A stretch of DNA of 50,390 bases from an uncultured Bacilli bacterium (GCA_947853245.1 CANTWP010000044.1:1-50390), one strand, 5' to 3'; counted from the stretch's first letter, positions 38,451-48,192 are shown. A program made the numbers and translations. Notes: a model not told the origin generated them from the sequence alone.

Positions 38451-39723
38451 GTGCATCAACTATTTTTTCGTCAAGAAAAGTTATTATTTTATCAAGTTCT
38501 AATTTATGTTCTTCTTTAGAAATATTATCTTTAATAGTTAAAACCTTAGTTTGCTTTTCTTCGTCACCAATAATAATTAAAAACTTAGATTGTAAACGAT
38601 CAGCTTGTTTAAAATTAGATTTTAAGTTTCTATCTTTGTAATCACAATCAACCTTAAAACCATTCATTCGAAGACTATTTACTATTTCCATAGCATAATC
38701 TTTCTCATTAGTAGACATTGGTATTACATAAACATCAATACCATTATTATCTAAAATATCAATATGTTCGTATTCTAACGCAGTTAATAAACGCTCTAAA
38801 CCAAGTGCAAATCCGACACCAGATGTCTTAGGTCCACCAATACTTTCAACTAAATTATCGTATCTACCACCAGCACCTAATACATTAGAACTACCAAATC
38901 CTTCAACACTAGCTTCAACTTCAAAGACTGTATGTGTATAATAATCAAGTCCACGAACTATTCTAGGATTTACTACAAAGTCTATATCCATCGCACGTAA
39001 ATATTCTTGAACTTTAAGGAAATGATTTCGACTTTCTTCATTAAGATAATCGATCATTTTAGGAGCTTTTTTCATAATTTCTAAATTAGCATCCACTTTA
39101 CAATCTAATATACGAAGTGGATTTTTAGAAAATCTTTCTTTACAATCTTCACACAATGAATCAATATGTGGAGCAAAATATTCTATCAAAGCATTACGAT
39201 AATTATTTCTAGATTCACTATCTCCTAAACTATTTAAATTGACTTTAATATTTTTAAGACCTAGAAGTTGATAAAAACGAACTGGAATACTAATTACTTC
39301 GGCATCTAAAGCTGGATCGTTACTGCCAAATGCTTCAACACCAAATTGATAGAATTCTCTAAAACGACCAGACTGTGGTCTTTCATAACGATACATAGGT
39401 CCATAATACCAAGCCTTTACTGGCATTTCTGCACGTCCATACATTTTATTTTCAATGAAAGATCTAACAACACCAGCCGTTCCTTCTGGACGAAGTGTCA
39501 TATTTCTTTCACCACGATCAACAAAGTCATATGTTTCTTTAGTTACTATATCAGTAGTTTCTCCTACACCTCTATGAAATAATTCACTAGATTCAAATAA
39601 TGGTGTACGAAAATACTCATAATTATATTTTTCCATTAATGATTTAATCAAATCTTCTAAATATAATATTTTTTTCCCATATTCTCCATAAACATCATAA
39701 GTTCCTTTTGGTTTTTGTATCAT
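38443..39723 (-). CDS. hisS: Histidine--tRNA ligase
   Basis: Class IIa HisRS motifs (LRPEGTAGVVR, FYQFGVEAFG, GGGRYD). The ATG at 39723 is preceded by GGAGGA; the listed 21-codon N-terminal extension reads through the T-box terminator. Confidence 0.95.
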   Translation of the reverse strand: MIQKPKGTYDVYGEYGKKILYLEDLIKSLMEKYNYEYFRTPLFESSELFHRGVGETTDIVTKETYDFVDRGERNMTLRPEGTAGVVRSFIENKMYGRAEMPVKAWYYGPMYRYERPQSGRFREFYQFGVEAFGSNDPALDAEVISIPVRFYQLLGLKNIKVNLNSLGDSESRNNYRNALIEYFAPHIDSLCEDCKERFSKNPLRILDCKVDANLEIMKKAPKMIDYLNEESRNHFLKVQEYLRAMDIDFVVNPRIVRGLDYYTHTVFEVEASVEGFGSSNVLGAGGRYDNLVESIGGPKTSGVGFALGLERLLTALEYEHIDILDNNGIDVYVIPMSTNEKDYAMEIVNSLRMNGFKVDCDYKDRNLKSNFKQADRLQSKFLIIIGDEEKQTKVLTIKDNISKEEHKLELDKIITFLDEKIVDAHE

Positions 39724-39740
39724 AAAAAATCCTCCTTCAT

Positions 39741-39920
39741 ATAAAATAAGTCTATAAATATAAGGGCGAATAAACCGCTGTGCCACCTTATTTCATAGAC
39801 TTATCTATCTTTAATTCTTAACGCGAATAACGTTTATTCTTAACAAACAGTGTCTTCATAGTTTATATTGATACTCTCACCTAATTATCATCTCTGTTAG
39901 CGAAACTATTACTCCTCTGC
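39741..39920 (-). promoter_or_regulatory. T-box leader (tRNA-sensing transcription attenuator) of the hisS operon
   Basis: In 5'-3' order on the minus strand: the AG bulge ACAGAGA, the distal-loop motif AGGTGAGAGT, a specifier loop ...ATGAAGACA adjacent to helix CTGTT, the T-box sequence AATAAGGTGGCACAGCGG, and a terminator whose arms ATAAGTCTAT..ATAAGG and CCTTAT..ATAGACTTAT flank the T-box 3' part, followed by TTTTAT. Confidence 0.85.
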
Positions 39921-39937
39921 TTAAATAAATTACTAGT

Positions 39938-39966
39938 AGTATATATTAAAATCTTCAATTAGTCAA
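39938..39966 (-). promoter_or_regulatory. Sigma-A-type promoter of the T-box/hisS operon
   Basis: On the minus strand: TTGACT (39966-39961), 17 nt, TATACT (39943-39938). It overlaps the stop of the upstream gene. Confidence 0.55.
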
Positions 39967-40516
39967 TATCTTGTGCTTGTTGATAAAGAATACTCGAGTC
40001 TAAACTCAATGACATAGAATTTTGTTCTAATTTATCAACATCATTAAATTTTACACTTAATTTTAATTGCTTAGTACAAGGTGTTAAATTAGTACTTTTA
40101 CAATTTCCTAACAATAAATCACCCTGTTTTATTGCAGAACCATCAGCATACGTAAAAGAATACGTTAAATTGTTAGCCGTTAATGCAGCTAAATCGGGAA
40201 ATACTACTGTAACTACCTCTGCATCAATTGTTCCGGCATTTCGTACATCAAATGTATATGTTACAGCGTCTAACGGTTTGAATAGTTCTACATTTAATTT
40301 AAATTCCGTGGCAGATAAATCCACTTCCTTTATATCTGGATTACCAACAGTAGTTGGTTCACCTAAATTTTCAAATATAACTTTCCAATTTCCAGAAACA
40401 GTGGCCTTACCTGTAATAGTTAAATTTGCTTTCAGTGCAGCATAGCCAATAGAAATAAACATAATTGCTAATGCAAAACAAAGCATTACAATATTCATAA
40501 CCTGTTTTCTTTTCAT
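39959..40516 (-). CDS. Secreted or membrane-anchored beta-sandwich protein, TasA/camelysin-like
   Basis: An N-terminal signal/anchor (MKRKQVMNIVMLCFALAIMFISIGYAAL) and the block LFKPLDAVTYTFDVRNAGTIDAEV, which resembles the L-KPGD...F.v.N.G(S/T)(L/I) signature of TasA/camelysin-type exported proteins. SD GGAGAA. Confidence 0.5.
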   Translation of the reverse strand: MKRKQVMNIVMLCFALAIMFISIGYAALKANLTITGKATVSGNWKVIFENLGEPTTVGNPDIKEVDLSATEFKLNVELFKPLDAVTYTFDVRNAGTIDAEVVTVVFPDLAALTANNLTYSFTYADGSAIKQGDLLLGNCKSTNLTPCTKQLKLSVKFNDVDKLEQNSMSLSLDSSILYQQAQDID

Positions 40517-40588
40517 ACTATTTCTCCTAGTTTTAATCTCTAGTAAAGTATATCATAAATATCAAATATAAACAATATTTTTTATAAA

Positions 40589-41665
40589 TTATTTTGTTTT
40601 TTTAATTTCAGCTTTATCCTTAATATCTATAATTTTATCAGCAATATCTTCTTTAAAAAACTTATATGTTGTAACTACAATTATAGCAATTGGTAATGAA
40701 AAAACAATTCCTGCAATGCCAAACAAAGCACCGCCAACAAATACTGATAATATAGTAATAATTGGATGAATTTGATTAGTTTTACCATACACTAAAGGAT
40801 TAATTACATAACCATCAAGAGTAGATAATATAACAAATGCAATAACTGTTCTCACAAATAAAGCTGGTGATACTACAAACGCTGTGATAGCTGCAATACA
40901 GTTAGCAATTATTCCTCCAAAATAAGGAATGATACTCGCAAATGCCGCTAAAATTCCTAATAATAACGCATTGGGATGGCCAATAATTAAATAAGTAAGA
41001 CCATATTCAAATACGGTAATTAAAACAATTTTAAAATAACCTACTAAATAACGATGCATTTGATCATCTAATACTACTAAATAAGCTCCCAATTTTTTAG
41101 ATTTTCTAGTAACATACTGTTTTAATTCCTTACGAATATATTCCATATCTACTAACATATAAACAGCTAATGAAAAGGAAATAAGTCCCATACTAACATA
41201 TCCTAATGATGTTCCTATAAAATTAGCAGCTTCATTTGAAACTCCTTCTCCCAAACGAGTAATAATATTATTAAATATAGTTCCTAAAGATGTTTGTAAA
41301 TAACCTACATCTAAATCAAATTTAACCGATATCTCTTTAATAAAAGTCATAATCCCACTAAATAAACTAGAAATTTGTGAAAACATTAATGGTCCAATCA
41401 GCCAAAGAATAACCCCTAATATAGCTAAAACAGAAGATACTACAATAAATAAACTAACACCTTTCGGTATTCCTTTTAACTGTAAATATTTAAGATAAGG
41501 ATACAATACATAAGATAAAACAAATGCGATAAAAAGGGGTGTTAATACAGCAATAACTTTACTCACAATACCTAACCATAATCCACTGGTTTTATATAAA
41601 ATATACGCAATAAAAGAAACTAAAGCTAAATTGATCAACTTAAAATCAACCTTATTTTTAATCAT
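40589..41665 (-). CDS. AI-2E family transporter (PerM/YtvI-like permease)
   Basis: An 8-TM topology and the family pattern (...IIPYFGG.I...P.i.il.v..GG.LFGI.G...S.P). The ATG at 41665 is preceded by GGGGA and overlaps the dtd 3' end. Confidence 0.8.
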   Translation of the reverse strand: MIKNKVDFKLINLALVSFIAYILYKTSGLWLGIVSKVIAVLTPLFIAFVLSYVLYPYLKYLQLKGIPKGVSLFIVVSSVLAILGVILWLIGPLMFSQISSLFSGIMTFIKEISVKFDLDVGYLQTSLGTIFNNIITRLGEGVSNEAANFIGTSLGYVSMGLISFSLAVYMLVDMEYIRKELKQYVTRKSKKLGAYLVVLDDQMHRYLVGYFKIVLITVFEYGLTYLIIGHPNALLLGILAAFASIIPYFGGIIANCIAAITAFVVSPALFVRTVIAFVILSTLDGYVINPLVYGKTNQIHPIITILSVFVGGALFGIAGIVFSLPIAIIVVTTYKFFKEDIADKIIDIKDKAEIKKTK

Positions 41666-42110
41666 GATTATCCCCACTTTCCAAAATAATTGTTACAGGT
41701 CCATCATTTAAAATACTTACTTTCATATCAGCACCAAAAATTCCAGTACTAACTAAAACATCTTTTTCTCGAAGCTTTTTATTAAATAAATCATATAAAG
41801 GTTCTGCTTTCGTTGCGGTTAAGGATTTAATATAACTAGGGCGATTGCCCTTTTTAGTATCAGCATATAAAGTAAACTGTGAAATACTAAGAATGCTACC
41901 ACCAACCTCTAAAAGAGATTTATTCATGACTCCATTATCATCATCAAAAATACGTAAATTAATAATTTTTTTTGCCATATAATCGACATCAGTGGTAGAA
42001 TCTCCTTCAGTAAATCCCACTAATAGTACTAAACCTTTATCTATTTGACCTACTATCTTATTATCAACAGTAACACTAGATTCTAAACTTCTTTGTATTA
42101 TAACTCTCAC
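41658..42110 (-). CDS. dtd: D-aminoacyl-tRNA deacylase
   Basis: MRVIIQR...LLVG...SQFTLYADTKKGNRPS (the SQFTL motif); 150 aa. The GTG start shares one nt with the relA TAG. Confidence 0.95.
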   Translation of the reverse strand: MRVIIQRSLESSVTVDNKIVGQIDKGLVLLVGFTEGDSTTDVDYMAKKIINLRIFDDDNGVMNKSLLEVGGSILSISQFTLYADTKKGNRPSYIKSLTATKAEPLYDLFNKKLREKDVLVSTGIFGADMKVSILNDGPVTIILESGDNHD

Positions 42111-44275
42111 TACTTTATTAACCTTTCAACATCTAAAATATTAGGAATCGAATTTACGTCGTTTATAAATTTTATTAGTTTTTCTGTAGAATCAACTAGT
42201 ACTGTAATATGATACAAATGATTATCTGTAGTTTGAATATTTTTAATACTTTCAACACTAATATCACTATTAGAAGTCTTAGCTATAATATCCATAAGAA
42301 CATTTTTTTCCTCGCTAGCATGAACAAGAATCGTAGTTGGATACTTTTTAGTAGTAGTATTATTCCAACGAACATCAATGATTCTTTCATTTAATGATTC
42401 AACGTTAGGACATACCATTCTGTGAACTGTAATTCCATACCCTTTAGTAATGTAACCAACAATACGATCACCAGGAATTGGTTTACAACAAGAAGCTATA
42501 TTTACTTTTATATCATCTATGCCTTCTACTATTACGTCAGCTTTTACATTATCAAGATTAATTTCTTTGTCTTGCGTTTTACGAAGAATAATATCTTCTT
42601 TAGTGTCGTTTTCTTCATAAAGATCGTTAATAATCTGTATAGCTGTAAATTTACCATTACCAATATTATTATAAATTTCGATCATATCAACACATTTAAA
42701 ATCTTCAAGCAATTTGCTAATTTTTTCATCGCTATAAAAATCACTAGATGTTATTTTACGTTTACGTAATTCTTTATTTAATGATTCTTCCCCTAAACGT
42801 ACATATTCATCTTTATCAATTCTATTAAAGAAAGCACGAATTTTATTTTTAGCTTGACTAGTTTTAGCAATATTCATCCATTCACGATTGGGGCCTAAAG
42901 AATTCTTATTAGTATTTATTTTAATAATATCATTATCCTTAAGTTCATAATCTAAAGGAACTATATTATTGTTGACAATAGCTCCAACCATTTTATCTCC
43001 AACACCACTATGTACTTTATATGCAAAATCTATTGGTGTTGAGCCACTAGGTAACTCTACTACATCTCCTTTAGGAGTAAATACATAAATCGTATCTTTA
43101 AAAACATCTTCTCTAACAGATTTAACAAATTCATCTTCAGAAGACTCTTCACGAAGTTCAATAATAGATTTAAAAAACTGTAATTTTTGTTCTATCTCTG
43201 ATTGTAAGCTGGCTTTTACATTACTGCCATTTTCTTTATATGACCAATGGGAAGCAATACCATTTTCCGCTACTTGATCCATTTCATAAGTACGAATTTG
43301 AATTTCAAACAAGTTACCATCAAGGCCAAATACCGTTGTGTGTAACGATTGATACATATTAGTCTTTGGCATAGCAATATAATCCTTAAAACGCTTTGGA
43401 ATAGGTTTAAATTTAGAATGGATAATTCCTAATACTTGATAACAGTCTTGTTCTGTATCAACAAATACACGAAGAGCAAAAATATCATAAATATCACTAA
43501 ATCTTTTACCTTTATCCATTTTTTTATAAATACTATATATACTTTTAGCACGACCTTTAATTTCATGTTTAATACCGTGTTCGGTTAAAAGTTCACTAAC
43601 GCTTCTTTGCATTTCAACAACTAAAGCATCACGTTCTATTTTTGATTGATTTAACTTTTCAACAATCTGAAAATAAACATCTGGTTTATAATAGCGAAGC
43701 GATAAATCCTCTAATTCACCTTTAATTTTATTCATACCTAGGCGATGCGCAATTGGTGTTAAAACATCTAAAGTCTCTTTTGCTTTTTCTTTTTGACTTT
43801 TTTCAGGAATAGCCCATAAAGTACGCATATTATGAAGACGATCTGCTAGCTTTATGATAATAACACGAACGTCTTCTGAAAGTCCTACTATAATTTTCCT
43901 ATGATTAGCAATGACAGCTTCATTATCACCACTAAAACTCAATCTATTAATTTTAGTAACTGATTTTACTAATGAAGCAATACTTTCACCAAAATCTTCT
44001 TGTAAATCCTCATCGGTTACTCGACCTTCCTCCATTACTTCATGTAATAAAGCACTAGCAATCGTTTCATAATCAGCTTTAACATCCGCTAAAATATAAG
44101 CAACATTTAAAGGGTGGATTATATAATCCTCCCCTGTTAAACGTTTTTCACCTAAATGATATTCAAAAGCAAAACGATAACTTTTTGTTATTAAATTAAG
44201 CTTTTCCGGATCAGTTATATAAGAAGAGACCTTTTCGTACAATTCATCATAACTTGTTATCCCTGTTTTATTCAT
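42110..44275 (-). CDS. relA: Bifunctional (p)ppGpp synthetase/hydrolase RelA/SpoT homologue
   Basis: An HD hydrolase domain (HPLNVA...LHEV.E), a synthetase domain (YQSLHTTV) plus TGS and ACT domains. The start is the ATG at 44275, or alternatively the GTG at 44284. Confidence 0.95.
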   Translation of the reverse strand: MNKTGITSYDELYEKVSSYITDPEKLNLITKSYRFAFEYHLGEKRLTGEDYIIHPLNVAYILADVKADYETIASALLHEVMEEGRVTDEDLQEDFGESIASLVKSVTKINRLSFSGDNEAVIANHRKIIVGLSEDVRVIIIKLADRLHNMRTLWAIPEKSQKEKAKETLDVLTPIAHRLGMNKIKGELEDLSLRYYKPDVYFQIVEKLNQSKIERDALVVEMQRSVSELLTEHGIKHEIKGRAKSIYSIYKKMDKGKRFSDIYDIFALRVFVDTEQDCYQVLGIIHSKFKPIPKRFKDYIAMPKTNMYQSLHTTVFGLDGNLFEIQIRTYEMDQVAENGIASHWSYKENGSNVKASLQSEIEQKLQFFKSIIELREESSEDEFVKSVREDVFKDTIYVFTPKGDVVELPSGSTPIDFAYKVHSGVGDKMVGAIVNNNIVPLDYELKDNDIIKINTNKNSLGPNREWMNIAKTSQAKNKIRAFFNRIDKDEYVRLGEESLNKELRKRKITSSDFYSDEKISKLLEDFKCVDMIEIYNNIGNGKFTAIQIINDLYEENDTKEDIILRKTQDKEINLDNVKADVIVEGIDDIKVNIASCCKPIPGDRIVGYITKGYGITVHRMVCPNVESLNERIIDVRWNNTTTKKYPTTILVHASEEKNVLMDIIAKTSNSDISVESIKNIQTTDNHLYHITVLVDSTEKLIKFINDVNSIPNILDVERLIK

Positions 44276-44292
44276 TTTTATCACTTTCCTTT

Positions 44293-46530
44293 TTAAGAGT
44301 TGATTCCTTTAATTATTTTTTCTTCTGGTTCATCATCATACCATTTTTTCTTTAAGTCTTTGCCAATATTCTTTTTATATAATAATCCCCAAATATTTGC
44401 CGCAATAAATAAAGAAGAATAAGTACCACCGATAAAACCGAATAATAGAGCTAAATTAAAGTTCAATATTTCATTAGAACCAAATAATATAAGAGCAAGA
44501 ACTGGAACTAATGTCGTTATTGAAGTAATAATACTTCTACCAAGAGTTTCTTGCATACTAGTATTAACTAATTCCGCCAATTCAGCTTTATTTTTGATTT
44601 TATAATTATATTTTTTAGCAATATTTTCACGAATTCTATCAAACGAAACAATTGTATCATTAATTGAGTAACCGATAATTGATAAAATCGCCGCAATAAA
44701 TATACTAGATACTTCTATCTTAAATATGCTGAATAATATTACTACAAAAATAACATCATGTAAAAGTGCAAATATACCACTAATAGCATAACTAAATTCA
44801 AAACGGAATGTCATATAAAGAATAATACCAATAGCCGCTAATAATAAAGATATGATAGCATTTTTAATTAATTCTTTTTGCACTAAATTAGAGACAACAC
44901 CAATACTAGCACTGGCTTGATAATTTTCCTCAAAATGAGTAGTTACTTTTGAAATTTCTTCATTATCTAAAGTATTTGTAACACGAACAATAACATTATT
45001 ATTATCGATCTGTTCATAATCATATAACTCGTATCCTAATTTATTAATGTCATTCTTTATGCTTTCTTCTGGTAATACTTGCTCTGAAATAAGAGTAATA
45101 GCAGATCCTGATTTAAAATCGATCCCTAAATTTAAACCATTTACAGATAAAGAAGTAATACCTACTATTAATAATATTACTAAACCTCCAAATGCATACT
45201 TTTTAAAGTTCCAAAAATTAAATTTACGTTCTTTTTTAGTAACTTTATAACCAATAAATAAACCAGTTTTATTTTCAAATTCTTTGTTTTTAGCAAACCA
45301 ATTTATTAATCCTCTAGTTACATAAACCATGATAAACATTGTTGTAATAATACTAATTATTAACATAGTAGCAAATCCTTTAATACTACTTTCACCAAAT
45401 ACAAATAGTATTAACGCTACTACTAAAGTAGTAAAGTTGGCATCAAATATAGTCATAAAAGAATTTTTATTACCAGTCTTTACTGCATTTCTTAATTTTG
45501 ATCCACTCTTTAATTCATCTTTAATACGAGAAAAACTAATAACACAAGAGTCTACTGCCATACCAATACCAATTACTACAGCAGCAATACCAGGTAAAGT
45601 AAGAACTCCACCTATTAACCAAAATATAGCAAATGTAACTACTGTATAAATGGCAATACCAACTGACGCTATAACTCCGGCAAAATGATATATAGCAATC
45701 ATAATAATCATAATACCTATAATACCTATTAAGCCCGCTACAAAAGTTTTAGACAAAGACTGTGCTCCAAAAGAAGCTTCTACTGTACGAGAAGAAATTT
45801 CAGTTAACTTAGTTGGTAAACTTCCAGAGTTAATTAGATCAACTAAAGATTCTACTTCTGCAGTTGTAAAATTACCTTGAATAATTACATCACTAGCAAA
45901 TCCTTCTGAAACACTTGCAACAGAAAGACAACGAGAGTCACCTTCACTACCACACTTGTCGCCATCTTCTTTAAAGGAATTAACTTTATCCTCATAATCT
46001 AACCATATAACGATACGATTATCTTCCATTTCACTAACCGTTTTAGTGACTGTATAAAATGTATCTTTATCTTTTACACTTAAAGCAACCGCTGGTTTTC
46101 CATAACTATCTTGGCCAACTTTTGCACCACTAATTACATCTGAAGTCATTAGTAAATTATCACTAGTATCACGGAATGTTAAACTAGCAGCTTTACTTAA
46201 AATAGTTCTAGCTTCATCCTGATTAGTAACACCAGCAAGGCCTACACGAATACGATCATTACCTTCTACTTCGATCGTTGGCTCTGATACTCCTAAAACA
46301 TCAATTCTTTTACTGATCGTTTTAAAAGTAGAACTTAGCATACTACTATTTACTTCACTGCCATCTAAACTTTCTACTTGATATAAAACTTCAAAACCAC
46401 CTTTTAAGTCAAGTCCAAAATTCAAATTTTTTAACGTAGGTATTAAAAGTGCTACTGAGGTTGCGAGTAAAACTATTAAAATAAATAACTTATAAATTAA
46501 ACCTTTTTGTTTTCTTTCTCTTTTTACCAT
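44293..46530 (-). CDS. secDF: Fused protein translocase subunit SecDF
   Basis: SecD periplasmic and TM domains are followed by the SecF half in one ORF. The ATG at 46530 is preceded by GGAGA. Confidence 0.93.
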   Translation of the reverse strand: MVKRERKQKGLIYKLFILIVLLATSVALLIPTLKNLNFGLDLKGGFEVLYQVESLDGSEVNSSMLSSTFKTISKRIDVLGVSEPTIEVEGNDRIRVGLAGVTNQDEARTILSKAASLTFRDTSDNLLMTSDVISGAKVGQDSYGKPAVALSVKDKDTFYTVTKTVSEMEDNRIVIWLDYEDKVNSFKEDGDKCGSEGDSRCLSVASVSEGFASDVIIQGNFTTAEVESLVDLINSGSLPTKLTEISSRTVEASFGAQSLSKTFVAGLIGIIGIMIIMIAIYHFAGVIASVGIAIYTVVTFAIFWLIGGVLTLPGIAAVVIGIGMAVDSCVISFSRIKDELKSGSKLRNAVKTGNKNSFMTIFDANFTTLVVALILFVFGESSIKGFATMLIISIITTMFIMVYVTRGLINWFAKNKEFENKTGLFIGYKVTKKERKFNFWNFKKYAFGGLVILLIVGITSLSVNGLNLGIDFKSGSAITLISEQVLPEESIKNDINKLGYELYDYEQIDNNNVIVRVTNTLDNEEISKVTTHFEENYQASASIGVVSNLVQKELIKNAIISLLLAAIGIILYMTFRFEFSYAISGIFALLHDVIFVVILFSIFKIEVSSIFIAAILSIIGYSINDTIVSFDRIRENIAKKYNYKIKNKAELAELVNTSMQETLGRSIITSITTLVPVLALILFGSNEILNFNLALLFGFIGGTYSSLFIAANIWGLLYKKNIGKDLKKKWYDDEPEEKIIKGINS

Positions 46531-46546
46531 ATACATCTCCTGCTTT

Positions 46547-46822
46547 CTAAAACTCTTCAAAATAAATTTTGCGATCTAGAGAATTTAACTTATTTTTTAA
46601 ATAACTATCGATCTTTTCAGTTTCTAAATTAAGAATATCGCTTACCATTTCATATAAAGATAAATCCTTAGAAACTTTCCATTTAACTTCTTTTAAATAA
46701 TTCCACACATCTTCTTCTTTAATATAAGTATACCCTTGCATTCTAATCTCATCTGCTTTTGTTGTTAGCGCTGGTTTTAACCTTTTATATAGTTCTTCTA
46801 AACTGCTAAATTCAATATCCAT
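46547..46822 (-). CDS. comN: Post-transcriptional regulator ComN (YrzD)-like
   Basis: A roughly 91-aa product with QGYTYIKEEDVWNYLKEVKWK, typical of ComN. It sits directly upstream of secDF, as in B. subtilis. The ATG at 46822 is preceded by GGAGGG. Confidence 0.7.
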   Translation of the reverse strand: MDIEFSSLEELYKRLKPALTTKADEIRMQGYTYIKEEDVWNYLKEVKWKVSKDLSLYEMVSDILNLETEKIDSYLKNKLNSLDRKIYFEEF

Positions 46823-46899
46823 GATTCCCTCCATAATATTTTTCTAATACCTCACATATACATTATATATGAAAAAAACTATTTTTAAAAGGAGAATTT

Positions 46900-48192
46900 A
46901 TGAAAAAGAGTAATTTTATTCGTTCCACTTTGATCTTATTAATTGGCGGTTTTCTAACTAAAATTTTAGGTATGATTATAAAAATAGTTATGTCAAGAGA
47001 AATGGGTGCTGAAGGTATGGGCTTATATATGCTTATTATGCCGACATTTACTCTTTTAATAGCATTAGCCCAAATGGGATTACCGATTGCTATTTCTAAA
47101 TTAGTAGCAGAAGATACTAGAAATAATAAAAATATCGTATTTTCTTGTATTCCAATGACCATAGTTCTTAACATAATAATTTTTATTCTACTATTTTTCT
47201 TTAGTGATTTTATTGCTAATAACTTATTGCATGACGATAGATGTAAATATGCTTTAACTTCAATTGGTTTTGTACTACCATTTATCAGTATTTCTAGTAT
47301 ATTTAGAGGATATTTTTTTGGTAAAGAAAAAATGATACCACATGTGGTATCAAATATTACTGAGGATATAATAAGATTAATAATTCTTACACTAGGTATA
47401 CCAATTTTCTTAAAACAAGGATTAGAATTTGCAGTTGCCTTCTTAGTTCTTAGTAATATTATAAGTGAACTTACCTCTATCTTAATTCTATTTTTCTTTA
47501 TACCTAAAAAATTTGTCTTAAAAGCAACGGATTTTGTACCAAATAAAAGTGATCTAAAAGATATATTAGGCATAAGTATTCCAACAACAGCCAGCAGATT
47601 AATTGGATCAATTGGTTATTTCTTTGAACCAATAATTTTAACATTCTTTCTTATAAAAAATGGATATAATAATACATTCATCGTTAGTGAATATGGTATT
47701 TTAAATGGTTATGTGATGCCTTTAATACTTTTACCTTCTTTCTTTACCGCAGCTATTTCTCAGGCTTTAGTACCTATTGTTAGTAATCAATATACTAAAG
47801 GAAATAAAAAGTTTGTTAAAAAGAAAATTAAGCAAGCTATATTCTTTTCTCTTTTAATTGGCATACCCGCAACCATTATATTTACTTCTATTCCAGAAAT
47901 CCCTCTTAAATATATATACCATACTACCTCTGGAATAACGTATATTAAAGTATTAGCGCCAATATGTTTGCTTCACTATATTCAAAGCCCAATCAGTAGT
48001 AGCTTGCAAGCTTTAGGTCGTGCTAAAGATTCAATGAAAGGGACTTTAATTGGAATGATTATTCGAACCACTATTTTAATTATTGGTTGTAATTTAAAAA
48101 TTGGCTTGTGGGGATTAGTTCTTGCTACTAGCGCTAATATAATATTTGTAACTTTATTTGATGCTGATAAAATAAAGAAAGCCTTAAAATAA
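46900..48192 (+). CDS. spoVB: MOP/MurJ-superfamily flippase, SpoVB-like
   Basis: A polytopic product with the N-terminus LLIGGFLTKILGMIIKIVMSREMGAEGMGLY. It is divergent from comN-secDF, like spoVB in Bacillus. At 430 aa it is at the short end for this family. Confidence 0.65.
   Translation: MKKSNFIRSTLILLIGGFLTKILGMIIKIVMSREMGAEGMGLYMLIMPTFTLLIALAQMGLPIAISKLVAEDTRNNKNIVFSCIPMTIVLNIIIFILLFFFSDFIANNLLHDDRCKYALTSIGFVLPFISISSIFRGYFFGKEKMIPHVVSNITEDIIRLIILTLGIPIFLKQGLEFAVAFLVLSNIISELTSILILFFFIPKKFVLKATDFVPNKSDLKDILGISIPTTASRLIGSIGYFFEPIILTFFLIKNGYNNTFIVSEYGILNGYVMPLILLPSFFTAAISQALVPIVSNQYTKGNKKFVKKKIKQAIFFSLLIGIPATIIFTSIPEIPLKYIYHTTSGITYIKVLAPICLLHYIQSPISSSLQALGRAKDSMKGTLIGMIIRTTILIIGCNLKIGLWGLVLATSANIIFVTLFDADKIKKALK

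Noticed and set aside
39724-39786. The listed 21-codon N-terminal extension of hisS (MAQRFIRPYIYRLILYEGGFF).
   Set aside because: It is the chance reading of the T-box terminator and SD region. The conserved HisRS N-terminus starts at the ATG at 39723 with GGAGGA upstream.
40170-40445. Assorted 60-115-aa ORFs antisense to housekeeping genes. This one is an example. The others are at 820-1011, 5955-6191, 9923-10123, 10589-10873, 13297-13491, 15653-15850, 16550-16744, 18065-18265, 19076-19330, 22780-22983, 35150-35419, 38286-38641, 39346-39582, 42209-42769, 45047-45649, 49562-49765 and 49816-50055.
   Set aside because: Each lies wholly inside a confidently identified gene on the opposite strand. 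None has a ribosome-binding site and all have composition typical of antisense frames.
46863-47573. A 236-aa ORF on the minus strand, the largest unexplained ORF in the track.
   Set aside because: It is entirely antisense to the well-supported spoVB-like flippase gene, which has an SD, a TM pattern and synteny. Its product is low-complexity I/K/L/N-rich, as expected from reading an AT-rich membrane-protein gene backwards, and it has no SD.
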